Below, piece after piece: positions 44,325 to 53,575 of a stretch of DNA of 53,575 nt. The DNA lies in IMG/VR virus record IMGVR_UViG_3300044497_000088, positions 1-53,575 of that record; one strand, 5' to 3'. The notes beneath the pieces were generated by a model. That model did no database searches, was not told the DNA's origin, and saw nothing but the letters and a program-made list of their open reading frames with translations. Position 1 is the stretch's first letter. Each line of letters opens with the position of its first letter. The DNA comes from a virus. Taxonomy: Duplodnaviria > Caudoviricetes. The position numbers and the translations under genes are program-made.

Positions 44325-46410
44325 ACGACTGACGCAGCGCGGACTGTCCGGCATAGCCATTGACCCGGCCGTGGTCAGCGGCGACGATAAATGGGCCATC
44401 GCCCTCGAGTTCAACCCCACCCAGTCGCGCGTCGACGCCGGCCGCGCCGGCGGCGGGCAGTGGACCAAGGACACGTCCAGCCTCGAGTTCGTCGAGGAGC
44501 TCGGCGGCACGACGGGCGCCAAGCTGTACCGCGACCCGAAGACCGGCGAGAAGTACGTCCTGAAGACGGGCAAGAGCGAGGAGCACGCCATGAGCGAGCT
44601 CCAGGCCAACAAGCTGTACGAGGCGCTCGGCGTGCCGGTGCCGAAGAGTCGGATGGTCCTGCACGGCGGCAAGAAGGCCCTGCTCAACCGCTGGATCGAC
44701 GGGAAGCCGTGGGCCAAGTTGACGCAGGCCGAGCAGGAGGCCATGAGGGGCCAGGTACGAGCTAACTTCGCGGCCGACGCGCTGCTCGGGAACTGGGACG
44801 TCACAGGACAGGACATGGACAACCTCCTGTTCAAGGACGGCGTGGCTTACCGGATAGACAACGGCGGTGCGCTGGCGTTCCGGGCGCAGGGAGGGCCGAA
44901 GGGCGCGAAGTGGGACTCGGCCGTCAACGAGCTGTCCAGCATGAGAAAGCTTCAGCCAGCAGCGCAGGCGTTCGGAGACCTCACAGACGTGAAAGTCAAG
45001 ATGCAGGTCCTCGGGCTCAACAACAAGTTGGCTGGCCTCTCTTCGTTGCCGCTCGGGACTGACAAAGTGCTGCACGCCAGGATCAACGCGCTGAAGGACT
45101 TCGAGAATGGTGAGAAGGCGTGGCCGTGGGATAAACCGTTCACTACGACAGCTGCAGCTGTAGTCACGGTTTCGGAGCCATCGAAGCAAGTCAGCAGCGG
45201 TGGCTTGACGCACGCGTCCTTCAAGTCGCAGGTCGCCGAGCTAAAGTCCAAACTCGGCCCGGGTTGGACTGAGACCAACCTGCACCAGGCCGCCATCCTC
45301 AACCAGCCGGGTGAGTCGAAGGTTCACGTGTCGTGGTACTGGAGCGACGAGCACAAGGAGCAGGTGAAGGCGCTCTACCCCGGGAAGCCGGTCAAGGTGG
45401 TAGAGCCGAGCAAGGTCATCAAGGCCAAGTACGGAATGACGACGAAGGAGGTGGCGCAGAAGCTGAAGGACCCGTCGTTCGGGCTGGTCAAGCCGGGGGA
45501 CGGGCCGAAGGTGCCCAAGCCGGCCTTCGGGCACCAGACGCCGCCAAAGAAGACGTACGACCCGCCGACCGGCAAGGTCGACGCCCACGGCTTCCACGTG
45601 GTCGCTGACGGCGGGACGATACCGCACGAGTCGGAGGAGGGCAACTGGGCGAAGATAAGCGACGACGCGCAGATGCTGCACAGCAAGCTGACGCCGTCCG
45701 AGCTGGACTCGGTTCACGCGTGGAAAGGCTCGCCGTCAGACATACGCGCCTCGCAGCTGCACGGGCAGGTAGACCTCGCGGACGAGGGGCACGGCGGGCT
45801 GAAGATGAAGTACGGGTACATCCTGAAAGACCCTGCGCTCAAGGCTCACCACGCTGATAAGATGATGGCGTTCGAGTCCGCTTGCGCCAAGGCGCCGAGG
45901 TACGACGGCGTGCTGTTCCGCGGCGTGGCGCACGTGCAGCCCGGGTCAGCCTACCACGCGGCGCTCACGACGCCCGGGACCGAGGTAGAGCTGCTCGCGT
46001 CGGCCGGCGGGTCGAGGTCACCGGCCATCTCGCAGTCCGGGTTCTCCGGCGGGCATACGATGCTCCGGGTGCGGACGTCTGACGCCAGGGCCATCGAGAA
46101 GGTCGGCTCGCACACGGTCGAGCGGGAGGCCATCCTGGTCAAGGGGTCGACGTTCCGCGTGCTCCGCTGGGCCAAGGACGTGCTTGTAGCAGGCCACGGC
46201 AAGATAAAGTCACTGATCGACCTCGAGGAGATAGCGTCGACGCCGACCGCCAAGAAGATGGTGCTCAGCCAGCAGTGGGAGAGCTGGCGCGGGCTAGAAC
46301 TGTCGCGAGATGATCGCGACGGTCGCTTCGTCGAGGACGACCCGGGCCGCTTCATGGCGGTGAGGCTGCCGCTCGACTCGCTATTCGGGCTCGACGGCGG
46401 GACGGAGTAA
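44305..46410 (+). CDS. Polyvalent protein: PI3/4-kinase/HipA-like kinase plus ADP-ribosyltransferase
   Basis: GGTTGA, YVLK, SE..ANKLY, DALLGNWD, IDNGG; C-terminal LFRGV and EREAILVKGSTFRV. Confidence 0.78.
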   Translation: MRSTLARRLTQRGLSGIAIDPAVVSGDDKWAIALEFNPTQSRVDAGRAGGGQWTKDTSSLEFVEELGGTTGAKLYRDPKTGEKYVLKTGKSEEHAMSELQANKLYEALGVPVPKSRMVLHGGKKALLNRWIDGKPWAKLTQAEQEAMRGQVRANFAADALLGNWDVTGQDMDNLLFKDGVAYRIDNGGALAFRAQGGPKGAKWDSAVNELSSMRKLQPAAQAFGDLTDVKVKMQVLGLNNKLAGLSSLPLGTDKVLHARINALKDFENGEKAWPWDKPFTTTAAAVVTVSEPSKQVSSGGLTHASFKSQVAELKSKLGPGWTETNLHQAAILNQPGESKVHVSWYWSDEHKEQVKALYPGKPVKVVEPSKVIKAKYGMTTKEVAQKLKDPSFGLVKPGDGPKVPKPAFGHQTPPKKTYDPPTGKVDAHGFHVVADGGTIPHESEEGNWAKISDDAQMLHSKLTPSELDSVHAWKGSPSDIRASQLHGQVDLADEGHGGLKMKYGYILKDPALKAHHADKMMAFESACAKAPRYDGVLFRGVAHVQPGSAYHAALTTPGTEVELLASAGGSRSPAISQSGFSGGHTMLRVRTSDARAIEKVGSHTVEREAILVKGSTFRVLRWAKDVLVAGHGKIKSLIDLEEIASTPTAKKMVLSQQWESWRGLELSRDDRDGRFVEDDPGRFMAVRLPLDSLFGLDGGTE

Positions 46411-46471
46411 GTCACCAGAACACACTTCGTGTACCGGGGTACGATAGTCGCGTGCGGGGAGGCGCGGGGAG

Positions 46472-47773
46472 ATGGCGAAGAAGAAGTTGAAGAAGTTACC
46501 GGCGATGATACTCTCGCTCTCTGCGGGCGACAGCGACTCGGCCCCGACCTTCGACCCGCTCACGTTCTGGAAGGAGGCGGCCCACGCCGGGACCTTCCAC
46601 AAGGGCTACCAGCGCATAGAGATAACGCCGCGACACCTCTCCCACTGGGAGCGGTCGTATCGCGAGATGCGGCAGCTAGGGCTCAGCGTCCCGGTGCCGG
46701 TCGAGCACACGCGGGACCCGGAGCGCCGTCGCGGCGAGGTGGTAGACATGGCCCTGAGGACGAACAGCCGCGGGCTGCCGGCGCTGTACGCGAAGGTCAA
46801 GTTCCGCGACGCGGAGGCCGCCAAGCTCAGCGGGTCGGGCGTCAGCGTCTACGTCCCGCGCGAGGTGCAGACCGGTGCTGGCCGCACGTTCAAGTCTCCG
46901 GTCGAGCATCTCGCCATCACCGACTACCCGGTCATCCCGGACCTCGAGCCGTTCAGCCAGGCCCTCAGTCTGAGCTTCGCGGACGAGGACGTCTCGCTGG
47001 AGTTCCCACCGTCCAAGGACGAGGGGAGCGGCAAGCCGCCGACCACCGGCCAGCCGCCCCAGCAGGGCGGCCAGCCCGAGGTGACGCTCCAGTCCATCGC
47101 CCAGGCCCTGGGGATACCTCCCGGGACGACCGACGAGAAGCAGCTACTCGCCGCGATCATGCAGGCCGTCACGGCAATGCGCGCCCAGCAGAGACCGATG
47201 ACGCCGCAACAGCCGCAGATGATGCCGCAGCGACCGCCGATGCCGCCGGCCTACGGCGCGCGGCCACCGATGGCGATGGCGCTGGCGCAGATACCACAGG
47301 AGGCCCTCATGGCCATGTCGAAGAAGCAGTTCAAGAAGCTGTCCAAGGAGTTGTCCCGGGTGCCAACCAGGGACGACAGCGGGCGCGACCTGACCGACGA
47401 CACTGACCTCGACGACGCCGGTCTCGGCGGTCTCGGCGACCGCCCGGTCGCGCTCAGCGGCACGGTGCTCGGCGCGGTCAAGACCGGGCGGAAGACCGTC
47501 GTCGACGGGCTCTTCGCGCGCGGGCTGGTGACGGCGCACGCCCGCAAGCAGCTCGAGGCGGACTACGTCGACGGGCAGGGGGTCGCGTTCAGCCACCAGT
47601 ACGACGACGGCTTCGACCGAGTGGTCAAGCTGCTCGAGGGCAACGGTCGCGTGCTGAACGCCGGCAAGACCGGCCCGCAGGGCGGGGTAGCCCTCAGCAA
47701 GGGCGGGCCAGAGGAGTCGAACCCGCTGCTGGCGGACGCCGAGAGGCGCGCGGCCGGCGAGAGCAACCTGTAA
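46472..47773 (+). CDS. Mu gpI-like prohead protease-scaffold
   Basis: VPVPVEH, GLPALYA, VSV, HLAITDYPVIPDLEPF; P/Q/M-rich linker; upstream of the capsid genes. Confidence 0.8.
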   Translation: MAKKKLKKLPAMILSLSAGDSDSAPTFDPLTFWKEAAHAGTFHKGYQRIEITPRHLSHWERSYREMRQLGLSVPVPVEHTRDPERRRGEVVDMALRTNSRGLPALYAKVKFRDAEAAKLSGSGVSVYVPREVQTGAGRTFKSPVEHLAITDYPVIPDLEPFSQALSLSFADEDVSLEFPPSKDEGSGKPPTTGQPPQQGGQPEVTLQSIAQALGIPPGTTDEKQLLAAIMQAVTAMRAQQRPMTPQQPQMMPQRPPMPPAYGARPPMAMALAQIPQEALMAMSKKQFKKLSKELSRVPTRDDSGRDLTDDTDLDDAGLGGLGDRPVALSGTVLGAVKTGRKTVVDGLFARGLVTAHARKQLEADYVDGQGVAFSHQYDDGFDRVVKLLEGNGRVLNAGKTGPQGGVALSKGGPEESNPLLADAERRAAGESNL

Positions 47774-47821
47774 CTGACACCATCAACACATAACAACACC
47801 ACATAACGAAGAGGGCCCGAG

Positions 47822-48277
47822 ATGGCACGCTCCACGACCAAGACCTCCGGGAAAGTCCTCGGCGACCTGATCCGCGCCGCGTACCACCAGGGCTACTGCT
47901 ACGTCAGCGGCAAGCTGGTGAACCCGTCCGCGACGGCCCTGGCCGGCGTCAGCGTGCTCGGCCAGCCGGTCAAGGCGAGCGGCGCGAACTACGTGCTCGT
48001 GCTGGCGACGGACGAGGCCAACGCCATCGGCATCGTCGCGCACGACAAGCCGATCAACCTCGCGCTGTCCGGCACGAGCGACGACCTGTACCTGATCCTC
48101 CGGCGCGGCCCCGCGCTGATCGACTACGACGCGCTGCCGCTCAAGGACACCGCGGCCGGCGGCGGCGACGCCGGCACGGCCTTCACGATCGCGACCCTGG
48201 TCACCGCCCTGGCGGCGCTCAGCCCGCCGATCATCGCGCTGCGCGAGCTGACCCCGACGAAGACCCAGACGTCCTAG
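47822..48277 (+). CDS. Head decoration protein
   Basis: Between scaffold and major capsid gene; LGDLI...RGPALI pattern. Confidence 0.7.
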   Translation: MARSTTKTSGKVLGDLIRAAYHQGYCYVSGKLVNPSATALAGVSVLGQPVKASGANYVLVLATDEANAIGIVAHDKPINLALSGTSDDLYLILRRGPALIDYDALPLKDTAAGGGDAGTAFTIATLVTALAALSPPIIALRELTPTKTQTS

Positions 48278-48320
48278 GCCCCTCCGGCCGGGCTCACAAC
48301 CAACTGAAGGAAAATCCGAG

Positions 48321-49385
48321 ATGCTCGACGTCTTCAAGACCGACGCCTACGGGCTGGTCTCCCTGACCAAGGCCCTGGACAAGCTGCCGTACGCCCCGAG
48401 CCTGCTCGGCGAGATGGGGCTCTTCACCGAGAAGGGCATCACCACCACGACGGTGGTCATCGAGGAGCGGCACGGCAAGCTGTCCCTCGTCCAGTCCGCG
48501 GCGAGGGGCTCCATGCCGCGCGTGCAGTCGACCAGGCCTAGGAAGACCAGGGCGTTCCCGGTGAACTACCTGCCGGAGAACGATACGGTCATGGCCGACG
48601 AGGTCCAGGGCGTGCGGAAGTTCGGCAGCGAGGACGAGACCGAGGGCGTCGCCACGGTCGTCAACGACAAGCTCACCCGCCTCAAGCAGAACATGGACGC
48701 CACGCACGAGTGGCACCGCGTCGGCGCGGTCATGGGCGTCACCTACGACGCGGACGGCACCACGCAGCTCTTCGACTGGTACGACGAGTTCGGCCTGACG
48801 CAGGTCAACGTCGACTTCGACTTCTCGGCCGGCACCCTCAACGTGCTCAACATGGCCTCGAGCGTCCAGCGCATAATCGAGGACGCGCTCGGGGCCGGGA
48901 CGTACAAGGGGATCGTGGCCATCTGCGGCAACGCGTTCTTCGAGAGCCTCATCGCCCACGCGTCGGTCAAGGAGGCGTTCAAGGTCTGGCAGACCGGCAA
49001 CGGCAACAAGTCGGAGGTGTTCTCTATGATGGACACCGCCACGAAGCGCAAGGGCTTCGAGTTCGGAGGCGTCACCTGGGTGAACTACCGCGGCTACATC
49101 GGCACGACGCCGTTCATCCCGACCGACGAGTGCCGCTTCGTCCCGGTTGGCGTGCCGGACCTGTTCATGACCAACTACGCCCCGGCGCCGTTCATCGAGA
49201 CGGTCAACACCGTCGGCAAGAAGTGGTACGCCAAGCAGCGGGTGATGGACTTCGACGTCGGAGTCGAGATGCACGTCTGCTCCTGCCCGCTGAGCCTGTG
49301 CACGCGGCCGGGCGTCATCGTCAAGGGCACCAAGACCGGCGCGGTGGCCGGCCTGTACGTCATGCCGGCCGGCCCGCTGGCCTAG
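48321..49385 (+). CDS. Major capsid protein (lambda gpE-like family)
   Basis: DVFKTDAY..SLTKA, ADEVQGVRKFGSE, FEFGGVTW..YRG, ETVNTVG, PLSLCTRP. Confidence 0.92.
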   Translation: MLDVFKTDAYGLVSLTKALDKLPYAPSLLGEMGLFTEKGITTTTVVIEERHGKLSLVQSAARGSMPRVQSTRPRKTRAFPVNYLPENDTVMADEVQGVRKFGSEDETEGVATVVNDKLTRLKQNMDATHEWHRVGAVMGVTYDADGTTQLFDWYDEFGLTQVNVDFDFSAGTLNVLNMASSVQRIIEDALGAGTYKGIVAICGNAFFESLIAHASVKEAFKVWQTGNGNKSEVFSMMDTATKRKGFEFGGVTWVNYRGYIGTTPFIPTDECRFVPVGVPDLFMTNYAPAPFIETVNTVGKKWYAKQRVMDFDVGVEMHVCSCPLSLCTRPGVIVKGTKTGAVAGLYVMPAGPLA

Positions 49386-49403
49386 GCCAGACCGGAGCCA
49401 CAG

Positions 49404-49922
49404 TTGCCGAAGTTCCTGACGACCACCGTCAACGTCAACCTCAGCGGGTTGCGCAAGTTTCGCGACACGCTGGAGGGGGACCTCCGGCTGTCGTCCAACG
49501 GGCCCATCAGGAAGGCCCTCCAGGACTGGGGCGTAATCTACGGCAGGTTCCTCATCCGGCGGTACTTCGTCTTCTCCATGGGCGGCGGGAACTGGCCGAA
49601 GCTCAAGCCGGCCACCCTGGAGCGCAAGAAGAAGGCTGGCCTCCTGCCGTGGATACTGCGGGCCACCGACCAGATGTTCCAGTCGTTCGCGCCCGAGTTC
49701 GCCGCCAAGCCCGGCGGGCTCACGACCCAGGTGCCGTTCGGGGTCCGCGTCGGCTTCGGCGGCGGGATGCGCTGGCCGCACTCCACGGCCGACATGCCGA
49801 TCGCAGAGCTCGCCGCGATCCACCAGAAGAGGCGCAAGATCATCGTCCCGCCGGACACGGCCACGCGCAAGCTGATGCGCGACCGGATGGACCTCGCCGT
49901 CAGGGAGGCCCTAAAGGGATGA
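49404..49922 (+). CDS. Mu gpG-like virion morphogenesis / tail completion protein
   Basis: WPKLKPAT..RK...ILRAT...AAIHQ motif. Confidence 0.7.
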   Translation: MPKFLTTTVNVNLSGLRKFRDTLEGDLRLSSNGPIRKALQDWGVIYGRFLIRRYFVFSMGGGNWPKLKPATLERKKKAGLLPWILRATDQMFQSFAPEFAAKPGGLTTQVPFGVRVGFGGGMRWPHSTADMPIAELAAIHQKRRKIIVPPDTATRKLMRDRMDLAVREALKG

Positions 49923-50446
49923 ACCCGTTCACGATGGTCTTCAGCGAGCTGTGGCAGATGCTCCTCGAGCACCCGCAGTTCGTCCGCGACGTCAGGGAGG
50001 GCAACCGCATCCGGTTCGACAAGACCGGCAACCGCGACCCGCTGAAGGACCACGTCCAGGCGGCCGACGTCCCGGAGGTATGCCTCGTCGCGAGCACCGG
50101 CTCGGCCAACCTGATGGGCACCAGCTCGTCGTCGTCGTGCGTCCGGCAGTACTCGTTCCTGGTCTCGACCGGCGACTACCGGTACACCGAGTACCTCGGG
50201 GTCGTCGAGTGGTACATCTTCTGCGCGCTGACCGGCTGGAAGGGCAGGCTGGCGGCGCTGAAGTGGAAGGACCAGAACTTCGTCAAGCGGCTGAACGTCG
50301 TGAGCACGATGGCAGGCATGAGCGACCCCGAGCGCAACCGGAACATAGCCGGCTGGAGCGCGGTGTGGACGATCGAGGTCGAGATGCACTTCAACACCAG
50401 CGGGCTGCAGGGCGAGCTTCGCTGCGCTGGCGACACGGAGAACTAG
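49919..50446 (+). CDS. Putative tail terminator
   Basis: Position between gpG-like and tube genes; ATGA-coupled. Confidence 0.55.
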   Translation: MNPFTMVFSELWQMLLEHPQFVRDVREGNRIRFDKTGNRDPLKDHVQAADVPEVCLVASTGSANLMGTSSSSSCVRQYSFLVSTGDYRYTEYLGVVEWYIFCALTGWKGRLAALKWKDQNFVKRLNVVSTMAGMSDPERNRNIAGWSAVWTIEVEMHFNTSGLQGELRCAGDTEN

Positions 50447-50447
50447 C

Positions 50448-51308
50448 ATGACCATTCACGGTGGGAAATTCGCCCGGATAGACGACATCAGCACGGCCCG
50501 CCTCTGGTCCGTGATGGAGCAGGCGGCCCAGCCGAAGGCGGTGGCGAGCAACACCGCGCTCGGTACTGCGCGGAAGCGCGGCGTGCACTCGTGGAGCGGG
50601 TCCTACCAGGCTTATGGCGCGACCCCGGCCAAGATGCCCGGGTCTGTCTTCAACTTCGAGGGGTACGGCTCGCCGGTCAACGACGTGTCTGGTGCCGGCC
50701 TGCGCTACCTCGGCAGCGCCATGGTGAGTCAGGTCGTGATCAACTGGGACTGGCGCACCGGCGCTATCATCGGCCACACGGTGACGTTCGCCGGCCACCT
50801 CGAGCTCACCAAGGTGAGCGGCGCGGACCCTGGCGACGCGACGGACCCCGACTTGCCGGAGACTACCGGTACCAAGATACAGTGGGCTGACAGCAGTCTC
50901 GTGACGCCGGTGTACGCCGACCTGCCGAACGTCACCAACGCGTCGCTGACGATCAAGGCGGCTGTCGAGGCCTACGTCAACAGCAGCACGTACGTGAACG
51001 GCAGGGCGTGGACCGGCCAGATAAGCGGGCCGGTCGACTGGTCGGTGGCCATCGGCCAGCAGGACGAGGAGCGGTTGACAGGCGTCTTCGACATCGACAG
51101 CATCATCGAGCTCAAGCTGTTCACGACGTCCGCGTTGTTCTGGCAGCTCAAGTACGGCATAGTCAGGGACTTCACCGGCATCACGGCCAACAGGGAGACC
51201 GGCGCGATAATGGGCCGCACGATCAACGTAGACATGAACTGCTTCTACGACGGGGAGCTCGGCGCGGTCACGAGACCTGACACGACTAACTGGTGGCCAT
51301 TCGCATGA
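50448..51308 (+). CDS. Major tail tube protein
   Basis: IHGGK N-terminus; two similar halves (W...G.xWSG); precedes the chaperone. Confidence 0.65.
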   Translation: MTIHGGKFARIDDISTARLWSVMEQAAQPKAVASNTALGTARKRGVHSWSGSYQAYGATPAKMPGSVFNFEGYGSPVNDVSGAGLRYLGSAMVSQVVINWDWRTGAIIGHTVTFAGHLELTKVSGADPGDATDPDLPETTGTKIQWADSSLVTPVYADLPNVTNASLTIKAAVEAYVNSSTYVNGRAWTGQISGPVDWSVAIGQQDEERLTGVFDIDSIIELKLFTTSALFWQLKYGIVRDFTGITANRETGAIMGRTINVDMNCFYDGELGAVTRPDTTNWWPFA

Positions 51309-51897
51309 CGACCGAGTTCGACCTAGGGGGCAAGCGGTTCAAGATGCGCGAGCTCACCGATGAGGAGCTAGAGCGCCTCGACGAGTGGGTCGCCTCTCGC
51401 TTCGTCCGTGTAGCACGAGAGAGCTTGTCTGACGATCAAGTTGGCACTGAGGCATGGGACAAGACGATCGTCGCAGCGACGCACGAGGCGATGCGCCTCA
51501 CGTGGAGTCGTGGCACAGGGTTCGTGATGCTGTTCGGCCGCAAGCGCGGGTTGGCGAGGGTCGTCAGCGCTGGCTGCGACGGCTCCACGATCGACGACGT
51601 GTACGCCCACTTGAAGACGCCGCGAGATGTCGAGACGGCCCGCTCGGAGTTCATGCTGATCAACGGCGTAGAGTATAAGGCCCCGGCCAAGCAGGGGGTC
51701 GCTGAGAGCTACGGAAACCCTACGAGCGTCGCCGTGCCGTGAGGATGGAGGTCCTCCGACGATGGCCCGGGTATACGCTAGAGTCAGTGAAGCGGATGAC
51801 TCCGCGGGACCAGGTCATGCTATTGAGCTACGAGCCGAAGTACGAGCAGTTTGCCGACATGGCGAGCTACGAGAGGTGGGCCAGTGAGCGGCGATAA
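51305..51897 (+). CDS. Tail assembly chaperone G (stop 51742) with -1 frameshift extension GT (stop 51897)
   Basis: In-frame A-AAC-CCT heptamer at 51715-51721; -1 frame open, encoding YTLESVKRMTPRDQ. Confidence 0.7.
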
Positions 51898-52858
51898 CAC
51901 GGTCGACATCCACGGGGAGTTTGACGCAGGCGAGATAACCGGCGGCGTCGACGACGTCCTGGGCTCTGTCGCCTCGCTAGCCGAGGGTTTCGTGATGTTC
52001 GGTGGTCCGGCAGCTATCGCTGTCAGCGCCGTCAGCGCTGCGGTAGGCGCGCTTGGCGCGGGGCTCTACGAATGCATCCAGACGGCGATCGAACTCGACG
52101 AGAAGTGGAGTAACTTCGATCGCGAGGACCGGATGAGCACCCTCACCAAAGACCTCAAGACTTCCTGGGACGAGCTCAAGGGGACGGTGGGAGAGGAGTT
52201 CGTCCCGGCGCTCAAGGACGGACTCAAAGTCCTGATAATGATGACGGATGCTACTGGGAACATGGCCGCTGGTCTCAAGATGGCCGTGATGATGTCTGGG
52301 CTGCTGCCTGGCGCGGATTACATGCGCGGGCTGAGCACAGCTATAGACGTCGCGTCAAACCTCAGTCCCGACGCGGCTAGACGCCGTGAGAGGCGCGCCG
52401 AGGATGACTGGGTAGTTGGTGAGCAGGCGGCGGTCAAGGAGGCGGCCAAGGGAGCTGCTGATCGCGCGCGTGAAGAACGCAAGCAAGACGAGGAGGAGAA
52501 GAAGCTCGGCGCCCAGAACCGCCGCGACCTGGAGAAACAGGAGAAGGAGGAGCTGCGCGAGATGGAGCGGGCACTGTCGCAGAAGGAGAAGTTTGATAGC
52601 AACAAGCGCAGTGGCAAGGGACTCGGCGAGCAGAAGGACGATTTCAAGGCCGAGTTTGCGTCCAGCGCCGAGGACGTGTACCGCAAGATAGCGGCCGGGG
52701 CGGCGCAGGGGCCCAAGGACGCGACTGCGGCAGCCGTCGAGAAGATGGAAGCGGCTGTCGTCGCGCAGCAAGAGCAGACCAACAAGCTTATGAGCGATAA
52801 CTTAGATAACGGCAAAAAGACTATCGAGGCCATCCAGGAGAGCGGAGGCCTCGCGTGA
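51884..52858 (+). CDS. Short tape measure protein (about 324 aa)
   Basis: Follows the G/GT chaperone; helical; SWDELKGTVGEEFVPAL motif. Confidence 0.7.
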   Translation: MSGDNTVDIHGEFDAGEITGGVDDVLGSVASLAEGFVMFGGPAAIAVSAVSAAVGALGAGLYECIQTAIELDEKWSNFDREDRMSTLTKDLKTSWDELKGTVGEEFVPALKDGLKVLIMMTDATGNMAAGLKMAVMMSGLLPGADYMRGLSTAIDVASNLSPDAARRRERRAEDDWVVGEQAAVKEAAKGAADRAREERKQDEEEKKLGAQNRRDLEKQEKEELREMERALSQKEKFDSNKRSGKGLGEQKDDFKAEFASSAEDVYRKIAAGAAQGPKDATAAAVEKMEAAVVAQQEQTNKLMSDNLDNGKKTIEAIQESGGLA

Positions 52859-53575
52859 GCAACGTCTGGACGGACGCGCTGCCGGCCGCCACCGAGATGG
52901 CGTACACGCGCAAGGAGACCATCAACTTCCGCGGCGAGAACGAGGCCAGCGTGACGCTCCGTTGCGCATGGGCCGACCGCTACACGCTCGCGGTGGACCT
53001 CATCAACCGGCTGTACCCAGGTGGCGGCGGGCGTCTCGGCGCGTCGGTGTCGATCGCGCCGGTGGCCAACGGCGCGTACACGGTCACGAACGGCGAGATG
53101 ATATACGAGCAGGCCGACGTCACCGTCAGCTACGACGTCGCGGACGCGGGGTCGCTGGAGGAGGGGACTCACCCGGGAACTGGCGGCACGGTGCTCTACC
53201 GCGAGTCGCTCGAGTGGACGCTGGAGTTCACCAAGCTGGACCACAACGACTTCACGTGGACAGACGCCAACGGGCGGGTGCTGACCGCGGCGGAGGCGCC
53301 GTACCGCTCGGACATGGGCCTGGCGCTGAAGCGCACGGTGTACGGCCTCGCGGCGCTGAGCGCCGATCTGCTGACCATCCCCGGCAAGGTCAACAACGCG
53401 GCGTACGCCAGCGTGTCGCTCGGGCTCACGTTCCCGACCGGCACGCTGCTGTTCGGCAAGCCGGTGGCCGAGCGCACCGTGAACACGAACGGCGACAAGC
53501 GCTGGAACCTGACGACGAGCATGGCGTACAAGGAGAAGACCTGGAACAAGTTCTGGCGGACGGACAAAGCCGGTG
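52855..53575 (+). CDS. Tail (distal/hub-type) protein, 5' part; continues through the origin to stop at 216 (about 269 aa)
   Basis: GTG at 52855 overlaps the tape-measure stop; 53449 is in frame with position 1; lies directly after the tape measure gene. Confidence 0.65.
   Translation, partial: MSNVWTDALPAATEMAYTRKETINFRGENEASVTLRCAWADRYTLAVDLINRLYPGGGGRLGASVSIAPVANGAYTVTNGEMIYEQADVTVSYDVADAGSLEEGTHPGTGGTVLYRESLEWTLEFTKLDHNDFTWTDANGRVLTAAEAPYRSDMGLALKRTVYGLAALSADLLTIPGKVNNAAYASVSLGLTFPTGTLLFGKPVAERTVNTNGDKRWNLTTSMAYKEKTWNKFWRTDKAG
53449..53575. repeat. Terminal direct repeat, identical to 1-127
   Basis: Exact match to the window start. Confidence 0.97.

Overview
This window is a complete, circularly assembled dsDNA tailed phage genome. 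Bases 1-127 repeat at 53449-53575, so the unit length is about 53,448 bp. It is GC-rich and I found no integrase; protein style suggests a Planctomycetota-like host (inference). Minus strand 2.5-17.3 kb is a replication and nucleotide module: PolA, dCMP deaminase, NMP kinase, a thymidylate-synthase homologue, a MazG-like pyrophosphatase, a primase-MCM helicase fusion, an atypical tRNA, an SSB-like protein and an SNF2 helicase. Plus strand 17.6-25.6 kb holds early and accessory genes. Plus strand from 25.6 kb through the origin to 2.5 kb holds packaging, Mu-like head and non-contractile tail genes. Main findings: (1) four intact type II hammerhead ribozymes, plus one incomplete core, punctuate the early operon, three of them starting right at a stop codon; (2) the ThyA homologue has the Asn->Asp change that switches specificity to dCMP, suggesting a 5-methyl-C or hydroxymethyl-C genome; (3) a shared 'LALA-FD/NxxxxPR..G..GG.F/W' module links swappable enzyme cargoes (InPase, two ADP-ribosyltransferases, a kinase, a decayed zeta toxin) to portal, MuF and free head proteins, and one of these proteins also copies the scaffold C-terminal helix; (4) a tRNA-Cys-like gene with an 8/4 fold sits behind a 90-nt rod hairpin. 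All family assignments come from motif recognition by eye; no database searches were run.
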